Counted from the stretch's first letter, positions 1 to 10,215 are shown. The stretch is 64,000 nucleotides of DNA from Escherichia coli (GCF_003790525.1 NZ_CP033635.1); one strand, 5' to 3'. Numbers and translations: made by a program. Notes: generated by a model from the letters alone, not told the origin.

Positions 1-515
1 GTAAGCGTGTTGATTTGCGACACCATTGCCTGCTGCTGGCTGATGATTTCCGTGCTTTGCGAGTCGATGTAATCCAGCGTGTTGTCGATACGCAACGACA
101 GCGCCCCGGCTTCGCTGATCACCTGTTCGCGCAGGGCGGAATCATCGGGGCTGGTGGTCGCTTCGTTGAGGGCGGCGAAGAAGTTATCGAAGCCGACGCT
201 CAGGCTGCTGTTATCGTCGCTCAGTACCGCTTCCAGTTGCGTGAGATACCCCTGCTGGGTGCTGTAATAGCCGTAATCGCTGGCGGCATACCACACCTGA
301 TTCACCTGATACTGGTTAGAGACGCGGCGAATGCTGTCGACCTGCACGCCGTTACCGGCGCTGTTCGGCGAACCACCGCTGGCGCCGATGGTGCTGATCT
401 CCGCCACCTGACGGGTGTAGCCCGTGGTCATGGCGTTGGCGGTGTTTTGCGCCGTGACGTTCAGCTCTACCTGCGCGGTTGATGCGCCGCTGTAGCCGAT
501 GTTAATCATGTCCAT
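1..515 (-). CDS. lfgK: Flagellar hook-associated protein 1, FlgK family (Flag-2 LfgK); N-terminal part only, gene continues past window start
   Basis: Minus-strand translation from ATG at 515-513 (AGGA RBS upstream) gives MDMINIGYSGASTAQVELNVTAQNTANAMTTGYTRQ..., a typical FlgK/FlgE-family N-terminal rod/hook domain; open to position 1. Confidence 0.8.
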   Translation of the reverse strand, partial: MDMINIGYSGASTAQVELNVTAQNTANAMTTGYTRQVAEISTIGASGGSPNSAGNGVQVDSIRRVSNQYQVNQVWYAASDYGYYSTQQGYLTQLEAVLSDDNSSLSVGFDNFFAALNEATTSPDDSALREQVISEAGALSLRIDNTLDYIDSQSTEIISQQQAMVSQINTL

Positions 516-574
516 GTTGGATCCTTACCGGTAAATCGTGCCGGTTAAAAGCGGCGTGAAGATGGGGAATCTTA

Positions 575-925
<351 letters not shown>

Positions 926-935
926 CGTCGGAGCC

Positions 936-1235
936 TCATTTATGCTTCGGCGACAACTGCTTCACAATCATCGCCGCAATCCCAATCCCGTGCTGCTGCG
1001 CCAGGGTGTTACACAACTCATCGTCATAAAACCCCTGCATCATGCGCACCGAATCGCTGTTAAACGGGTTATCTTTCGAATCAAACAACTCGTTGGTTTT
1101 ACGCATCTCTTTCAGCATGTTGCGTAAAAAAATCGCCTCAAACTGCTCCGCGGCCTGCTTAATATCATTGGCCTGAACCTTCGGCCCCATTAACGCATCG
1201 CTGCCATCAATCCCGCCGCTGGCGTTCACTTTCAT
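936..1235 (-). CDS. lfgJ: Rod-binding protein, FlgJ N-terminal-domain-like (no muramidase domain)
   Basis: 99 aa ORF; start overlaps lfgI stop (ATGA); resembles the FlgJ rod-binding domain. Confidence 0.75.
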   Translation of the reverse strand: MKVNASGGIDGSDALMGPKVQANDIKQAAEQFEAIFLRNMLKEMRKTNELFDSKDNPFNSDSVRMMQGFYDDELCNTLAQQHGIGIAAMIVKQLSPKHK

Positions 1236-2350
1236 CAGATCACCTCCAGGTCGGCATCCAGCGCGCCCGCCTCATGCAGCGCCTGTAAAATCGACATAAT
1301 GTCGTCCGGCGTCGCGCCCAAACTGTTCAACGCATTGACCAGCGTTTTCAGGCTGCTCGACTCCGGCAAACTCACCACGCCCGGGCGCGCATGATTCACC
1401 GCGATATTGCTCTGCGGCGTTACCGCCGTGCGCCCGCCTGCAAAGGCATTCGGCTGGCTGACGTTGCTGGTTTCGTTAATCGAGACGGTCAAACTGCCGT
1501 GCGACACCGCCGCCGCATGCAGCGCAACGCCATCGCCCATCACCACCGTGCCGGTACGCGAGTTAAACACCACGCGGGCGCGGATTTTCTCTGCCTGCAC
1601 CTGTACATCATCCAGTTGCGACATAAATGCCACCCGCGCGCCGGGGCTGGTGGGCGCGCGCACGCTGACGTTGGTGGAGCTCTGCGCAGTAGCAATGCCG
1701 CCAAACGAGGCATTAATCGCCGCCGCAATATTGTTGGCATCTTTAAACGACGGACGTTTCAGGTTGAGGGTGATAGTGTCGCCCATCTGAAAATCGCTGG
1801 GGATCTCGCGCTCTACCGTTGCGCCGTTAGGAATTAACCCGGCGGTTGGCGTATTAACCGTTACGCTCGAACCGCTGGCCCCGGTGGCATTCATCCCGCC
1901 CACCACCACGCTGCCCTGCGCCAGGGCATACACTTCGCCATCCGCGCCGTGCAACTGGGTCAGCAACAAAGTGCCGCCACGAATACTTTTGGCATCGCCA
2001 ATCGACGAAACGGTGACATCAATGGTCTGCCCGCGCGAGTACATCGGCGGCAGCGTGGCGCTCACCGCCACCGCGGCGACGTTTTTCACCTTCGGGTCGA
2101 TTTTATTCGGCAGTTGCACGCCAAACTGGCGCAGCATATTGGTGATGGTCTGGTTGGTGAATTTGACCTGGTTTTTATCGCCCGTGCCGTCGAGGCCGAC
2201 CACCAGGCTGTAGCCGACCAGTTGGTTTTCACGCACGCCCTGTACGTTGACCAGCGATTCCAGCGATTGCGCCAGCGCCACGCCAGGTAGCGCCAGGCTC
2301 ACGGTGATTACTGCGGCCTTTATCCAGTTTTGCATTGCACTCTCCGGCAT
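1235..2350 (-). CDS. lfgI: Flagellar P-ring protein FlgI
   Basis: 371 aa, N-terminal signal peptide, FlgI-like sequence throughout; start overlaps lfgH stop. Confidence 0.92.
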   Translation of the reverse strand: MPESAMQNWIKAAVITVSLALPGVALAQSLESLVNVQGVRENQLVGYSLVVGLDGTGDKNQVKFTNQTITNMLRQFGVQLPNKIDPKVKNVAAVAVSATLPPMYSRGQTIDVTVSSIGDAKSIRGGTLLLTQLHGADGEVYALAQGSVVVGGMNATGASGSSVTVNTPTAGLIPNGATVEREIPSDFQMGDTITLNLKRPSFKDANNIAAAINASFGGIATAQSSTNVSVRAPTSPGARVAFMSQLDDVQVQAEKIRARVVFNSRTGTVVMGDGVALHAAAVSHGSLTVSINETSNVSQPNAFAGGRTAVTPQSNIAVNHARPGVVSLPESSSLKTLVNALNSLGATPDDIMSILQALHEAGALDADLEVI

Positions 2351-3015
2351 TAAATCGGGAACAGAGGATGGTTAAACAGCCGCGTCAACCAGCCTGCGGC
2401 GTTGGCGTCGCTTAACGCGCCGCGTCCGGCATAGGAGATGCGGGCATCGGCGATCCGCTGGGAGGAAACCGAGTTGTCGTTCTGGATGTCGTCGGCGCGC
2501 ACCAGGCCGCTTAAGCGGATGTACTCATCGCCCTGGTTGAGGGTCAGCCATTTTTCGCCGCGAATTTCCAGGATGCCGTTAGGCTGCACCGCATGGACGG
2601 AAACGGTGATCTCCCCGCGCAGGCTGTTCTGCTGCTGGGAAGTGGCACTGCCGTCAAAGTCGCGGTTGGCGTCGATAGAGCCGGAAAGCTTATCTTTGGT
2701 GTGTCCAAAAATCGTTGGCGCGCCGATATCGACGGTGTTGCTTTTGCCGAAGTTGGTTTTCGCCTGTTTGCTCGACTGGGTGGATTCTTCGAGGATCACC
2801 GTCAGGATATCGCCCACGCGGTAAGCCCGCCGGTCGGCAGTTAGCGACCAGTTGTAGCCGGTTTCAAACACGCCCCCGGCACGCCCGTCTGCCGGAGGCG
2901 GCGCTTCGGTGGTTGGTGGCGCAAAGTATGCGTCGTCTTTTTTGACCAGAATGGCCTGCGATTCACACCCGCTAAGCAGGGGAAGCAGCGCCACCAGCCA
3001 GAGATAATTTTTCAC
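2350..3015 (-). CDS. lfgH: Flagellar L-ring lipoprotein FlgH (likely GTG start at 3015; ORF track extends to 3090)
   Basis: FlgH-like; lipobox LLSGC after a hydrophobic signal segment. Confidence 0.88.
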   Translation of the reverse strand: MKNYLWLVALLPLLSGCESQAILVKKDDAYFAPPTTEAPPPADGRAGGVFETGYNWSLTADRRAYRVGDILTVILEESTQSSKQAKTNFGKSNTVDIGAPTIFGHTKDKLSGSIDANRDFDGSATSQQQNSLRGEITVSVHAVQPNGILEIRGEKWLTLNQGDEYIRLSGLVRADDIQNDNSVSSQRIADARISYAGRGALSDANAAGWLTRLFNHPLFPI

Positions 3016-3039
3016 GTTCTGCCTGTTTAAATACAGTGA

Positions 3040-3095
3040 GTTATGTGCTCTTGTAGGTCGGATAAGACGTGTCAGCGTCGCATCCGACATTTCGG
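3040..3095. repeat. REP element
   Basis: gtaggtcggataagacgtgtcagcgtcgcatccgac palindromic unit between lfgH and lfgG. Confidence 0.7.
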
Positions 3096-3097
3096 CC

Positions 3098-3883
3098 TTA
3101 CAGCGTCTGACTGATGTACTGCAACATATCGTCCGCAGCCGACACCATTTTGGCGTTCATCTCGTACGCCCGTTGCACCGTAATCATCGCCACCATCTCG
3201 TTGACGATATCCACGTTCGAGCCTTCGAGCGCGTTGTCCTGCAAGGTGCCAAGCCCATCTTCGCCCGGTACGCCTTCGGTCGGCTGACCGCTGGCAGCGG
3301 TTTCCAGATACAGGTTGTCGCCCTCGGCGGAAAGCCCCGCCGGGTTAGCGAAGTTCACCAGTGTCAGTTGCCCTAACTCGGTCACATCGCTGTCGCCGGG
3401 TAAGATCGCCGTCACCGTGCCGTCCTCACCAAACGCAACGTTAGTCGCCCCCGCCGGAACGTCGATTTCCGGTTGTAACGGCAAACCCTGCGAGTTAGTC
3501 AACACGCCGTCGGCGTTCACCTGCAAGTTGCCATCGCGGGTATAGGCGATATCGCCGTTAGCCTTTTGCACCTGCAAAAATCCCTGTCCCATAATGGCGA
3601 CATTCATGGCGTTGTCGGTGGTCTCAACGTTGCCTTCGGTGAAGGTTTTCTGGGTACCGACAATGCGTACGCCGCTCCCGAATTGCAGCCCGGTCGGCAT
3701 GATGTTGTTCTGGTCGAGCATCGCGCCCGGCGCTTCCTGGGTCTGGTAGAACAGATCCTGAAACATCACCCGATCGCGCTTGAAGCCGGTGGTGTTAACG
3801 TTGGCGATGTTGTTGGCAATCGCGCTCATTTCAGCATCCTGCGCCGAGAGGCCGGTTTTGCTGATCCATAGTGCTGCGTTCAT
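3098..3883 (-). CDS. lfgG: Flagellar distal rod protein FlgG
   Basis: 261 aa; conserved rod-protein N-terminus (ANNIANVNTTGFK) and C-terminus. Confidence 0.93.
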   Translation of the reverse strand: MNAALWISKTGLSAQDAEMSAIANNIANVNTTGFKRDRVMFQDLFYQTQEAPGAMLDQNNIMPTGLQFGSGVRIVGTQKTFTEGNVETTDNAMNVAIMGQGFLQVQKANGDIAYTRDGNLQVNADGVLTNSQGLPLQPEIDVPAGATNVAFGEDGTVTAILPGDSDVTELGQLTLVNFANPAGLSAEGDNLYLETAASGQPTEGVPGEDGLGTLQDNALEGSNVDIVNEMVAMITVQRAYEMNAKMVSAADDMLQYISQTL

Positions 3884-3904
3884 GGTGGTAAATTCCGTGT
3901 TATT

Positions 3905-3960
3905 TTTGGGCCGCAGTTGCCGGATGCGGCGTGAACGCCTTATCCGGCCTACGATGTGCG
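3905..3960. repeat. REP element
   Basis: gccggatgcggcgtgaacgccttatccggcctacg. Confidence 0.8.
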
Positions 3961-3961
3961 G

Positions 3962-4699
3962 TTACGAGCCGCGCAATAAGCGGTTGCCCGCGTCGCTGAT
4001 ATCTTCGGCTGTTTTCATCATCTTGATCTGCGCTTCAAACTGGCGGTTCATGGCGATGGACGACATCATTTCGCTCACCGCCGAGACGTTGCTGCCTTCG
4101 AGAAAACCGCCGCTGACTTTGATGTTTTCATCGCGCTGGGCCGGAATGCCGTCGCTAGTCACCAGCATCCCTTCAGGATTTTTCGCCAGGTTAGCGACCG
4201 GGATATCCACCAGCTTCAGGCGGTCGATATCCATCGTGGCGGTCACGTCGCCGTCATCAGGCGTCACCGACAGCGTGCCGTCGCTGCCAAACGAGGCAAT
4301 GGCGTTCGGCGGCAGAATGATCGGGCCGTTATCCCCCAGCACCAGATTGCCGTCGATGGTCAGTTGCCCCTGATCGTCCTGCTGAATGTTGCCGTTGCGG
4401 GTATAGACTTCGTTGCCGTTTTTATCCTGCACCGCAATGTAACCCGCGCCCTGAATCGCCACGTCCAGCGGGCGTTCGGTTTTCTCCGCCACACCCGTGC
4501 TGTCGTTCACGCCGCTGGCCCCTTCCTGCGCCATATAGCGAGTGTCGAAGCCGCCGCCTTTCACCTTGTCATTGGTCGCCATTGCCATATCGGCGCGAAA
4601 ACCGTTGGTGTTGACGTTCGCCAGGTTGTTGGCGCTAATCTGCTGCTCATACAACGTCTGAGAAGCCCCGCTCAGGGCGGTATAAATCAAGCGATCCAT
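3962..4699 (-). CDS. lfgF: Flagellar proximal rod protein FlgF
   Basis: 245 aa, rod protein family (NNLANVNTNGFR). Confidence 0.9.
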   Translation of the reverse strand: MDRLIYTALSGASQTLYEQQISANNLANVNTNGFRADMAMATNDKVKGGGFDTRYMAQEGASGVNDSTGVAEKTERPLDVAIQGAGYIAVQDKNGNEVYTRNGNIQQDDQGQLTIDGNLVLGDNGPIILPPNAIASFGSDGTLSVTPDDGDVTATMDIDRLKLVDIPVANLAKNPEGMLVTSDGIPAQRDENIKVSGGFLEGSNVSAVSEMMSSIAMNRQFEAQIKMMKTAEDISDAGNRLLRGS

Positions 4700-5901
4700 T
4701 ACATTGCCCGGAACAGCGCGTCATCGAGCTGCGTGCTGGTGGCGATCACTTTGGTGTTGGCCTGATAGTTACGCTGGGCGGTCATCAGGTTGACTAACTC
4801 GCTGGTGATATCGACGTTAGAGCTTTCGAGCACGCCCGACGACAGCGTGCCGCAGGAACCGGAGCCGGGAACGCCAATCAGCGGCGTGCCGGATTCCCCA
4901 GTTTGTACCCACGCGGTGCCGCTCACCGCTTCGAGTCCGTTTTCATTCGGGAAAGTCGCCAGCACCACCTGGCCCTGCAACATGCGCTCGCCGTTGCTGT
5001 AGGTAGCGTAAACTTTGCCATCGTCATCGACCTGCACACCGTTTTGCGTAGCGGAGGCGTAGCCGTTGGCGGCGTTGGTGGTGACCGAAAATTCAGAGCC
5101 GTATTGCGTACAGGTGGAGTAATCGACGGTTAAGTCGATGGGTGCGGCGGCGTCGGTCTGAAACTCAATGGTCTGCGGCGTGGTTGGCGAAGTCAGCTTC
5201 CCGGTGTTCGGGTCGAAGGTTAACGTCGTCGCCGGAACGCCGGTCTGCTGCTGACCGTCGAAGGTGTACTGCACTTCCCAGGTGTTGTCGCTGGTTTTGG
5301 TGAAGTACTGGCATACCGAGTGTTCGTTACCTAATGAGTCGTACACCGTGGTGGTGTAGCTGTCGGTATACGAGCTGCTGTTGGTCGCGTCGAACGGTAC
5401 GGTAGTGCGGTCGATAGCGTCGTCGCTGGCATCGAAGTTGGCGGTAAAGGTCAGGCTGCTGCTGGCCTGCGCCGGAATATTGCCAGTTTTGATCTGGATA
5501 TCGGTGACTGTACCGGTTTGCAGAGTGCCCGTGTCATCGACCGGATAGCCCTGCAAATAAGCGCCTGAGGCGTTGACGATATAGCCGTTTTTGTCGGTTT
5601 CAAACGATCCGGCGCGGGTATAAGAAATGTTGCCCGCGCTGTCGCAGGTAACAAAAAAACCGTCGTCGTTAATCGCCAGATCCAGCGCGTTACCGGTGGA
5701 TACCAGCGAACCGCCGCGCGAAATACTTTGCGCGGTGCCTGCCACGCTGACGCCCATCGCCTGACTTCCGGCATACATGGCTGAAAACTGGGTGGTCATC
5801 GACTTATAGCCTACCGTTCCGGCGTTGGCGATGTTGTTACTGATCCCGTCCAGCTGTTCGTTAACGGCATTCAGCCCCGTTGCGGCAATTTCATAACTCA
5901 T
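4699..5901 (-). CDS. lfgE: Flagellar hook protein FlgE
   Basis: 400 aa; hook-protein N- and C-terminal conserved segments. Confidence 0.92.
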   Translation of the reverse strand: MSYEIAATGLNAVNEQLDGISNNIANAGTVGYKSMTTQFSAMYAGSQAMGVSVAGTAQSISRGGSLVSTGNALDLAINDDGFFVTCDSAGNISYTRAGSFETDKNGYIVNASGAYLQGYPVDDTGTLQTGTVTDIQIKTGNIPAQASSSLTFTANFDASDDAIDRTTVPFDATNSSSYTDSYTTTVYDSLGNEHSVCQYFTKTSDNTWEVQYTFDGQQQTGVPATTLTFDPNTGKLTSPTTPQTIEFQTDAAAPIDLTVDYSTCTQYGSEFSVTTNAANGYASATQNGVQVDDDGKVYATYSNGERMLQGQVVLATFPNENGLEAVSGTAWVQTGESGTPLIGVPGSGSCGTLSSGVLESSNVDITSELVNLMTAQRNYQANTKVIATSTQLDDALFRAM

Positions 5902-5923
5902 TGTTTCTTCCTGTTAATTGTTC

Positions 5924-6637
5924 TTACGCCACATCACTGTCGGCATCGGGTACGCCAAACTGGCTAATCATGGTGAACGGCACTTCACCTACACCGGCAA
6001 CGTTAAGTACCGGGGAGCTGCCGTCGAGCGGGATGCGCACATCTTCCACTTCGCCGGAGACTTCAATCGGCACCTCTTCTTCCCCGGTGTTGGTCACCAC
6101 CGAGACGTCGTAATCGCCCGGCGGGATACCGTAATCCGCGGGATTCACCGAGAAATCCACCTGGCCTGGCCCGACGGACGAACTCCCTTCCGGGATCAGC
6201 GACACCGTATAGTCATCGCCTGCGGCATCGGTAAAGTGGAGATCGGCGGTGGTACAGGCGTCGTCAAGCGTGGCGCGACCGTTAATGGTCTGGTCACTCA
6301 CCTGCAAGGCGGTGGTCTGCACCATAATGTCGTCGCCCACCAGGTTGCCGAGCGCCATCACCTGAATGTTGCTCATCAACACCGCGTTGGTATTCGCCTG
6401 CACGCTCATCTCTTCCATCATCGCCACCTGCGCCATTGACGAAAGCTGGTCGATATATTCGGTGGCGTCAGTCGGGTCGGTCGGGTCCTGGTTTTGGATC
6501 TCAGCGACAAACAGCGTCAGGAAGGTATCGACGGGCGAGCTATCGCTGCTGCTTGTCGTGTCGCTGGCCGCCACATTATTGCTTTCCGGCGTGGCGGTCG
6601 GCTGCGGTGATTGCGCATTCAGCGCCAGGGTATTCAT
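5924..6637 (-). CDS. lfgD: Flagellar hook capping/assembly protein FlgD
   Basis: 237 aa; FlgD-like N-terminus followed by a Ser/Thr-rich region. Confidence 0.85.
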   Translation of the reverse strand: MNTLALNAQSPQPTATPESNNVAASDTTSSSDSSPVDTFLTLFVAEIQNQDPTDPTDATEYIDQLSSMAQVAMMEEMSVQANTNAVLMSNIQVMALGNLVGDDIMVQTTALQVSDQTINGRATLDDACTTADLHFTDAAGDDYTVSLIPEGSSSVGPGQVDFSVNPADYGIPPGDYDVSVVTNTGEEEVPIEVSGEVEDVRIPLDGSSPVLNVAGVGEVPFTMISQFGVPDADSDVA

Positions 6638-7068
6638 CAGGCTTCTCCCAGTTTCAGCAGGCTTTGCTGCATACTTTTCACGTTGTTGAGCACATCGACG
6701 TTAGTTTCAAAATCGCGCGAGGCCGACATCATGTCCGCCATCTGTTCCACCACGTTGACGTCGGGATACCAGACATCCCCGTTAGCATCGGCGAGCGGCG
6801 AATGTGGTTCATAGCGTTTCACCGCCCCGCCGGTTTGCAGCACGTCCTGCACCTGCACACTGGCACCGTCAATGGCATGACGATGTGTACCCGCCAGCAA
6901 ACTGTGGTGATACACCGCCGCAAACACCGGGCTGCGCGCTTTATATGCCTGCGCCTCGCTGCTGGCGGGCGCATTAGCATTCGCCAGGTTACTGGCGACG
7001 GTATTCAGACGTAGCGTTTGCGCCGTCATCGCCGAGCCGGAAATCTGATAGATATCAGTAAATGACAT
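6637..7068 (-). CDS. lfgC: Flagellar rod protein FlgC
   Basis: 143 aa; FlgC-like; reading frame intact. Confidence 0.92.
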   Translation of the reverse strand: MSFTDIYQISGSAMTAQTLRLNTVASNLANANAPASSEAQAYKARSPVFAAVYHHSLLAGTHRHAIDGASVQVQDVLQTGGAVKRYEPHSPLADANGDVWYPDVNVVEQMADMMSASRDFETNVDVLNNVKSMQQSLLKLGEA

Positions 7069-7070
7069 GC

Positions 7071-7406
7071 TTATTTCCCTTCAATGGCCTCTCTGATGCC
7101 GCTGATTTGCAGATTCAGAAAGGTCAGACTGCTTTGATAATCCATACTATTTTGTGAAAACCGCGCCTGCTCGCTGTTCAGCTCCACGGTGTTGCCATCT
7201 TCCGACGGCTGCATCGGCACGCGGTACTGGACATCCACCGCCGCGTTATTTGCCCGTTGCATCTCCCTGGCAAAATCAATATCTTTAGCCTTGAAATTTG
7301 GCGTATCGACGTTCGCCAGATTCGCAGTCAGTAGCTCGGTCCTCTCAAGACGTAACTTCACTGCCTGCGGATGCACTCCCAATGCCTGTTGAAAACTGAT
7401 CCCCAT
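7071..7406 (-). CDS. lfgB: Flagellar rod protein FlgB (start moved to ATG at 7406; ORF track start 7436 lies inside the predicted promoter)
   Basis: N-terminus from MGISFQQ... aligns with FlgB; LTANLANVDTPNFKAKDIDF motif. Confidence 0.85.
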   Translation of the reverse strand: MGISFQQALGVHPQAVKLRLERTELLTANLANVDTPNFKAKDIDFAREMQRANNAAVDVQYRVPMQPSEDGNTVELNSEQARFSQNSMDYQSSLTFLNLQISGIREAIEGK

Positions 7407-7443
7407 TTCTTGCGTCACTCCCGCTTCAATCCGCATACGCTAA

Positions 7444-7458
7444 GCAATCGCTGTGCCA
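7444..7458 (-). promoter_or_regulatory. Sigma-54 type promoter (-24 TGGCAC / -12 TTGC) for the lfgB-J operon
   Basis: Plus strand gcaatcgctgtgcca is the reverse complement of TGGCAC-AGCGA-TTGC, about 35-50 nt upstream of the lfgB start. Confidence 0.6.
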
Positions 7459-7487
7459 ATTTTTAAGTGACTGATGAGAAAGGGTTT

Positions 7488-8225
7488 ATGAGTTTTCAAT
7501 TTTGCAGGCGGAAGTTTTATTTCCTCCTGGCGCTGGCCTTACCGGGCTACGCCGCCGTCCATCCCGTGCAACATAGCGCGCGGGAACAAATCAACGCCCA
7601 GGTACTGAATACCGCGAGCCAAAAAATTGAATCGCTGGCGCAGCAGCGGCAATGGCATGACTATCGCTACACCTTTAAGGTCTATATTCCGTCGCAGATT
7701 GCGACCGCCGCGCCCTGTACAACGTCACCCGGCGTCACGCTGACGTCGCCTGCGGAAATCGCCCTTAACCGGATGAACTTCACCGTCAGTTGCCCGCAAA
7801 GCTGGCAGATGAACGTCGCGGTGCGCCCGGATGTTCTGGTACCGGTGGTGATGGCAAAGTCACTGGTTGCCCGCGATACGCCGCTCACGGCAAATGATGT
7901 GGAGCTGAAGCCCTACAACGTCAGCGCCCAGCGTCGCGATGTGTTGATGGAGCTCGATGACGCAATTGGTTTAAGCAGTAAGCACGCGTTGCAACCGGGC
8001 AGACCAATCACCAAAGAAGAGCTGGTTTCGCCAGTGCTGGTCGAACGCGATCAGCCGGTGATGATTGTTTACCAGAGCGCGGGGATCACCGCCTCGATGC
8101 CCGGCGTGGCGCTGAAAAATGGTCGCAAAGGGGAAATGGTGAAAGTACGTAACGTCAGCAGCCAGCGGGTCATTAGCGCGAGGGTGGCGGAAAGCGGCGT
8201 GGTGACAACGGTAAGCGCGGAGTAA
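7488..8225 (+). CDS. lfgA: Flagellar P-ring assembly chaperone FlgA (ATG at 7488; ORF track GTG at 7467)
   Basis: Signal peptide FYFLLALALPGYAA; FlgA-like C-terminal domain; divergent from lfgB. Confidence 0.85.
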   Translation: MSFQFCRRKFYFLLALALPGYAAVHPVQHSAREQINAQVLNTASQKIESLAQQRQWHDYRYTFKVYIPSQIATAAPCTTSPGVTLTSPAEIALNRMNFTVSCPQSWQMNVAVRPDVLVPVVMAKSLVARDTPLTANDVELKPYNVSAQRRDVLMELDDAIGLSSKHALQPGRPITKEELVSPVLVERDQPVMIVYQSAGITASMPGVALKNGRKGEMVKVRNVSSQRVISARVAESGVVTTVSAE

Positions 8226-8239
8226 TTTGCGCAGGCGAT

Positions 8240-8267
8240 TAAAGTTTTGCCGCCTGTTAACCGCTTT
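8240..8267 (+). promoter_or_regulatory. Possible sigma-28 class promoter (-35 TAAAGTTT, weak -10) upstream of lfgM
   Basis: Perfect TAAAGTTT at 8240-8247; downstream -10 region matches GCCGATAA only partially. Confidence 0.3.
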
Positions 8268-8304
8268 ACCGGAGTAACCCACCCAATACCGAGACGAGGT
8301 TACG

Positions 8305-8583
8305 ATGAAAATCACCCCGACGATGCCAGGCAATCGCCCGACAGCCACAATGGCAGGCTCCAGTCAGCCGCGCAAAAGCACGGCGACCACCGCCACGACG
8401 CTGAGCGCCGACGACATTACCCAGGCGGGATTGCAGTCTGCCCAGCAAACGCTGAACGACCAGCAAGAGAGCGATATCGACAGCGACAAAGTGGCGCAAA
8501 TGCAAGCGATGCTGGCGTCCGGCAGCCTGCAAGTGGACACCGAACAGTTAGCCAGCGACATGCTGAGTTTTTTCCAGAACTAA
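8305..8583 (+). CDS. lfgM: Anti-sigma-28 factor FlgM
   Basis: 92 aa; FlgM-like C-terminal region. Confidence 0.8.
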   Translation: MKITPTMPGNRPTATMAGSSQPRKSTATTATTLSADDITQAGLQSAQQTLNDQQESDIDSDKVAQMQAMLASGSLQVDTEQLASDMLSFFQN

Positions 8584-8595
8584 GAGGCCGATGAA

Positions 8596-9024
8596 GTGAG
8601 TATCCGGTTACAACAGGTGAAGGCGTTGTTGCAGGGCATTCGTGACGACGACGCACTGTACGATTCCCTGCGCGAACTTCTCCAGCGTCAGCGGATGTGC
8701 ATGATTCGCCGCGCCAGCGAAGATCTGCTGGCGGTAAACGACGAGATAACGCAGCACTATGAGCAGTTGCATGGGCATAGCCATCAGCGGCACAGCCTGC
8801 TGAAAATGCTTAATGTCAGTGTAAATCGTGACGGTCTGGCGCAGGTTTTTGCCTGGCTTCCGGCTGTGCAAAAAGCAGCAGCACAACAGTTGTGGCAACG
8901 CCTTGAGCAAAAAGCGGAACGCTGCAAAGCCTACAACGACAAAAACGGCGAGCTGTTGATTCGCCAGTATGAATTTATTCAGTCTTTTTTAGGCGGCGAA
9001 ACAGATTTTCTGTACCAGGAATAA
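8596..9024 (+). CDS. lfgN: Flagellar export chaperone FlgN (GTG start)
   Basis: 142 aa; FlgN-like; follows lfgM. Confidence 0.75.
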   Translation: MSIRLQQVKALLQGIRDDDALYDSLRELLQRQRMCMIRRASEDLLAVNDEITQHYEQLHGHSHQRHSLLKMLNVSVNRDGLAQVFAWLPAVQKAAAQQLWQRLEQKAERCKAYNDKNGELLIRQYEFIQSFLGGETDFLYQE

Positions 9025-9101
9025 CGACAATTCCTTCCCCCATCGCGGAAACGGATTTTCCGCCTGATTCTCAATCCCTTGTTTTTGATTACAAAAATTC
9101 C

Positions 9102-9117
9102 CGGCACGCTTATTGCA
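9102..9117 (+). promoter_or_regulatory. Sigma-54 promoter (cGGCACG-N4-TTGCA) driving the variable-region operon
   Basis: cggcacgcttattgca matches the -24/-12 consensus TGGCACG-N4-TTGCW at all positions but the first. Confidence 0.7.
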
Positions 9118-9151
9118 CATTCCGCAAAGTAATAAAGACTGGAAGCCACCT

Positions 9152-10081
9152 ATGAGTTTTATTGAACGTTACGAACCGGAATACGTGCGCAATTTTATGA
9201 CGCAATATCCCGATTCGCCTTTGTACGTCCGCAAGGTCTGGAAGAATGAGATTCGCCAGAGCCTGGCATTGACCGATATTGAAAGTTGCAAAGCGGTGCT
9301 CAACGATGCCAGGGCCTTTGATTTACAGCTCACCTACCGCCCTGTGGAAGACAATGCCGCCGAGCTATCCGCGCGCGATGCGATAGTAAACCAGGCCATT
9401 TTGAGCACCCTTACGCTCCCCGATTTAACCCCGGAGCTTTCCCTGTATGCCGTCGGGATTTTGCTCTCCCGCGCCAGTAAAATGCCGGGCAGAGACGGAG
9501 ATATTCTTGCCCGCTTGACGACGCTGCCACAGGCGCTGGGGGATCATGCACAAAAAGGCACGCTACAGGCACAGTTCGCCCAACTCCCACCCGTGCCACA
9601 ACTGGCGCGCCAACTGGTGACGCTGCTCGGGAGTTTTGCGTTTGACTGGTCGATTTTGCCGGAAAGCCCGCGCAAAGCCTCGCTACCGTTGCAGGTGACT
9701 TTGCTGACGTTGCATGACGCCAACAGCGAAGCTTTGTTGCAACAGCAGCTTAAGGTGCAGTGGCAAACCACCTGGCAACAGCATTTTGCCGCCGCGCCGT
9801 GGATGATGCGCAACTGGCTGATTTACCGCGTTTATCACGACGTGATTGGGCAGGCAGACGGAGCAGATTATTGCCCGCTGGTGTGTGATTTTTATCTCAT
9901 CCGCACGTTAATCAGTTTATGGACGCTGGATGGTTCACCGCTGCGGAAGGAGGATATTTTCGCCCTTTTTGCGGTGTTTGAACGCTGGCGAGAGAGTGAA
10001 AATGCTGCGGCGATTCGCCAGCAGCTCCAGTCGTTATGTGCGGCAGAGCCGCTGCTGTCAGCATTTTCGCTGCTGACGTGA
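9152..10081 (+). CDS. Hypothetical protein, Flag-2 variable region (ATG at 9152; ORF track TTG at 9113 overlaps the promoter)
   Basis: ~310 aa ORF downstream of the sigma-54 promoter; no family recognised. Confidence 0.6.
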   Translation: MSFIERYEPEYVRNFMTQYPDSPLYVRKVWKNEIRQSLALTDIESCKAVLNDARAFDLQLTYRPVEDNAAELSARDAIVNQAILSTLTLPDLTPELSLYAVGILLSRASKMPGRDGDILARLTTLPQALGDHAQKGTLQAQFAQLPPVPQLARQLVTLLGSFAFDWSILPESPRKASLPLQVTLLTLHDANSEALLQQQLKVQWQTTWQQHFAAAPWMMRNWLIYRVYHDVIGQADGADYCPLVCDFYLIRTLISLWTLDGSPLRKEDIFALFAVFERWRESENAAAIRQQLQSLCAAEPLLSAFSLLT

Positions 10082-10089
10082 GTCGCTCT

Positions 10090-10215
10090 GTGCGCGCTTT
10101 TCCCCTCCCCCTAACCCTCTCCCCAAAGGGGCGAGGGAACCGATCGAGCACGGTGTTAAAATCGGCGCTGGTTTTCTCCCTCTCCCTGTGGGAGAGGGTC
10201 GGGGTGAGGGCATCA
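10090..10215. repeat. GC-rich imperfect-palindrome repeat (boxC-like: ccctctcccc...gggagaggg)
   Basis: Related copies at 21405-21455 and 31840-31885. Confidence 0.5.

Noticed and set aside
1391-6439. Antisense and alternative-frame ORFs overlapping lfgI, lfgH, lfgG, lfgF, lfgE and lfgD (for example 1391-1837, 3780-4373, 5918-6439)
   Set aside because: Shadow ORFs typical of GC-rich coding sequence; the opposite-strand frames encode recognisable flagellar proteins
8247-8594. 115-aa ORF overlapping lfgM in another frame
   Set aside because: The lfgM frame encodes an FlgM-like protein; the overlapping frame is Arg/His-rich with no recognisable features
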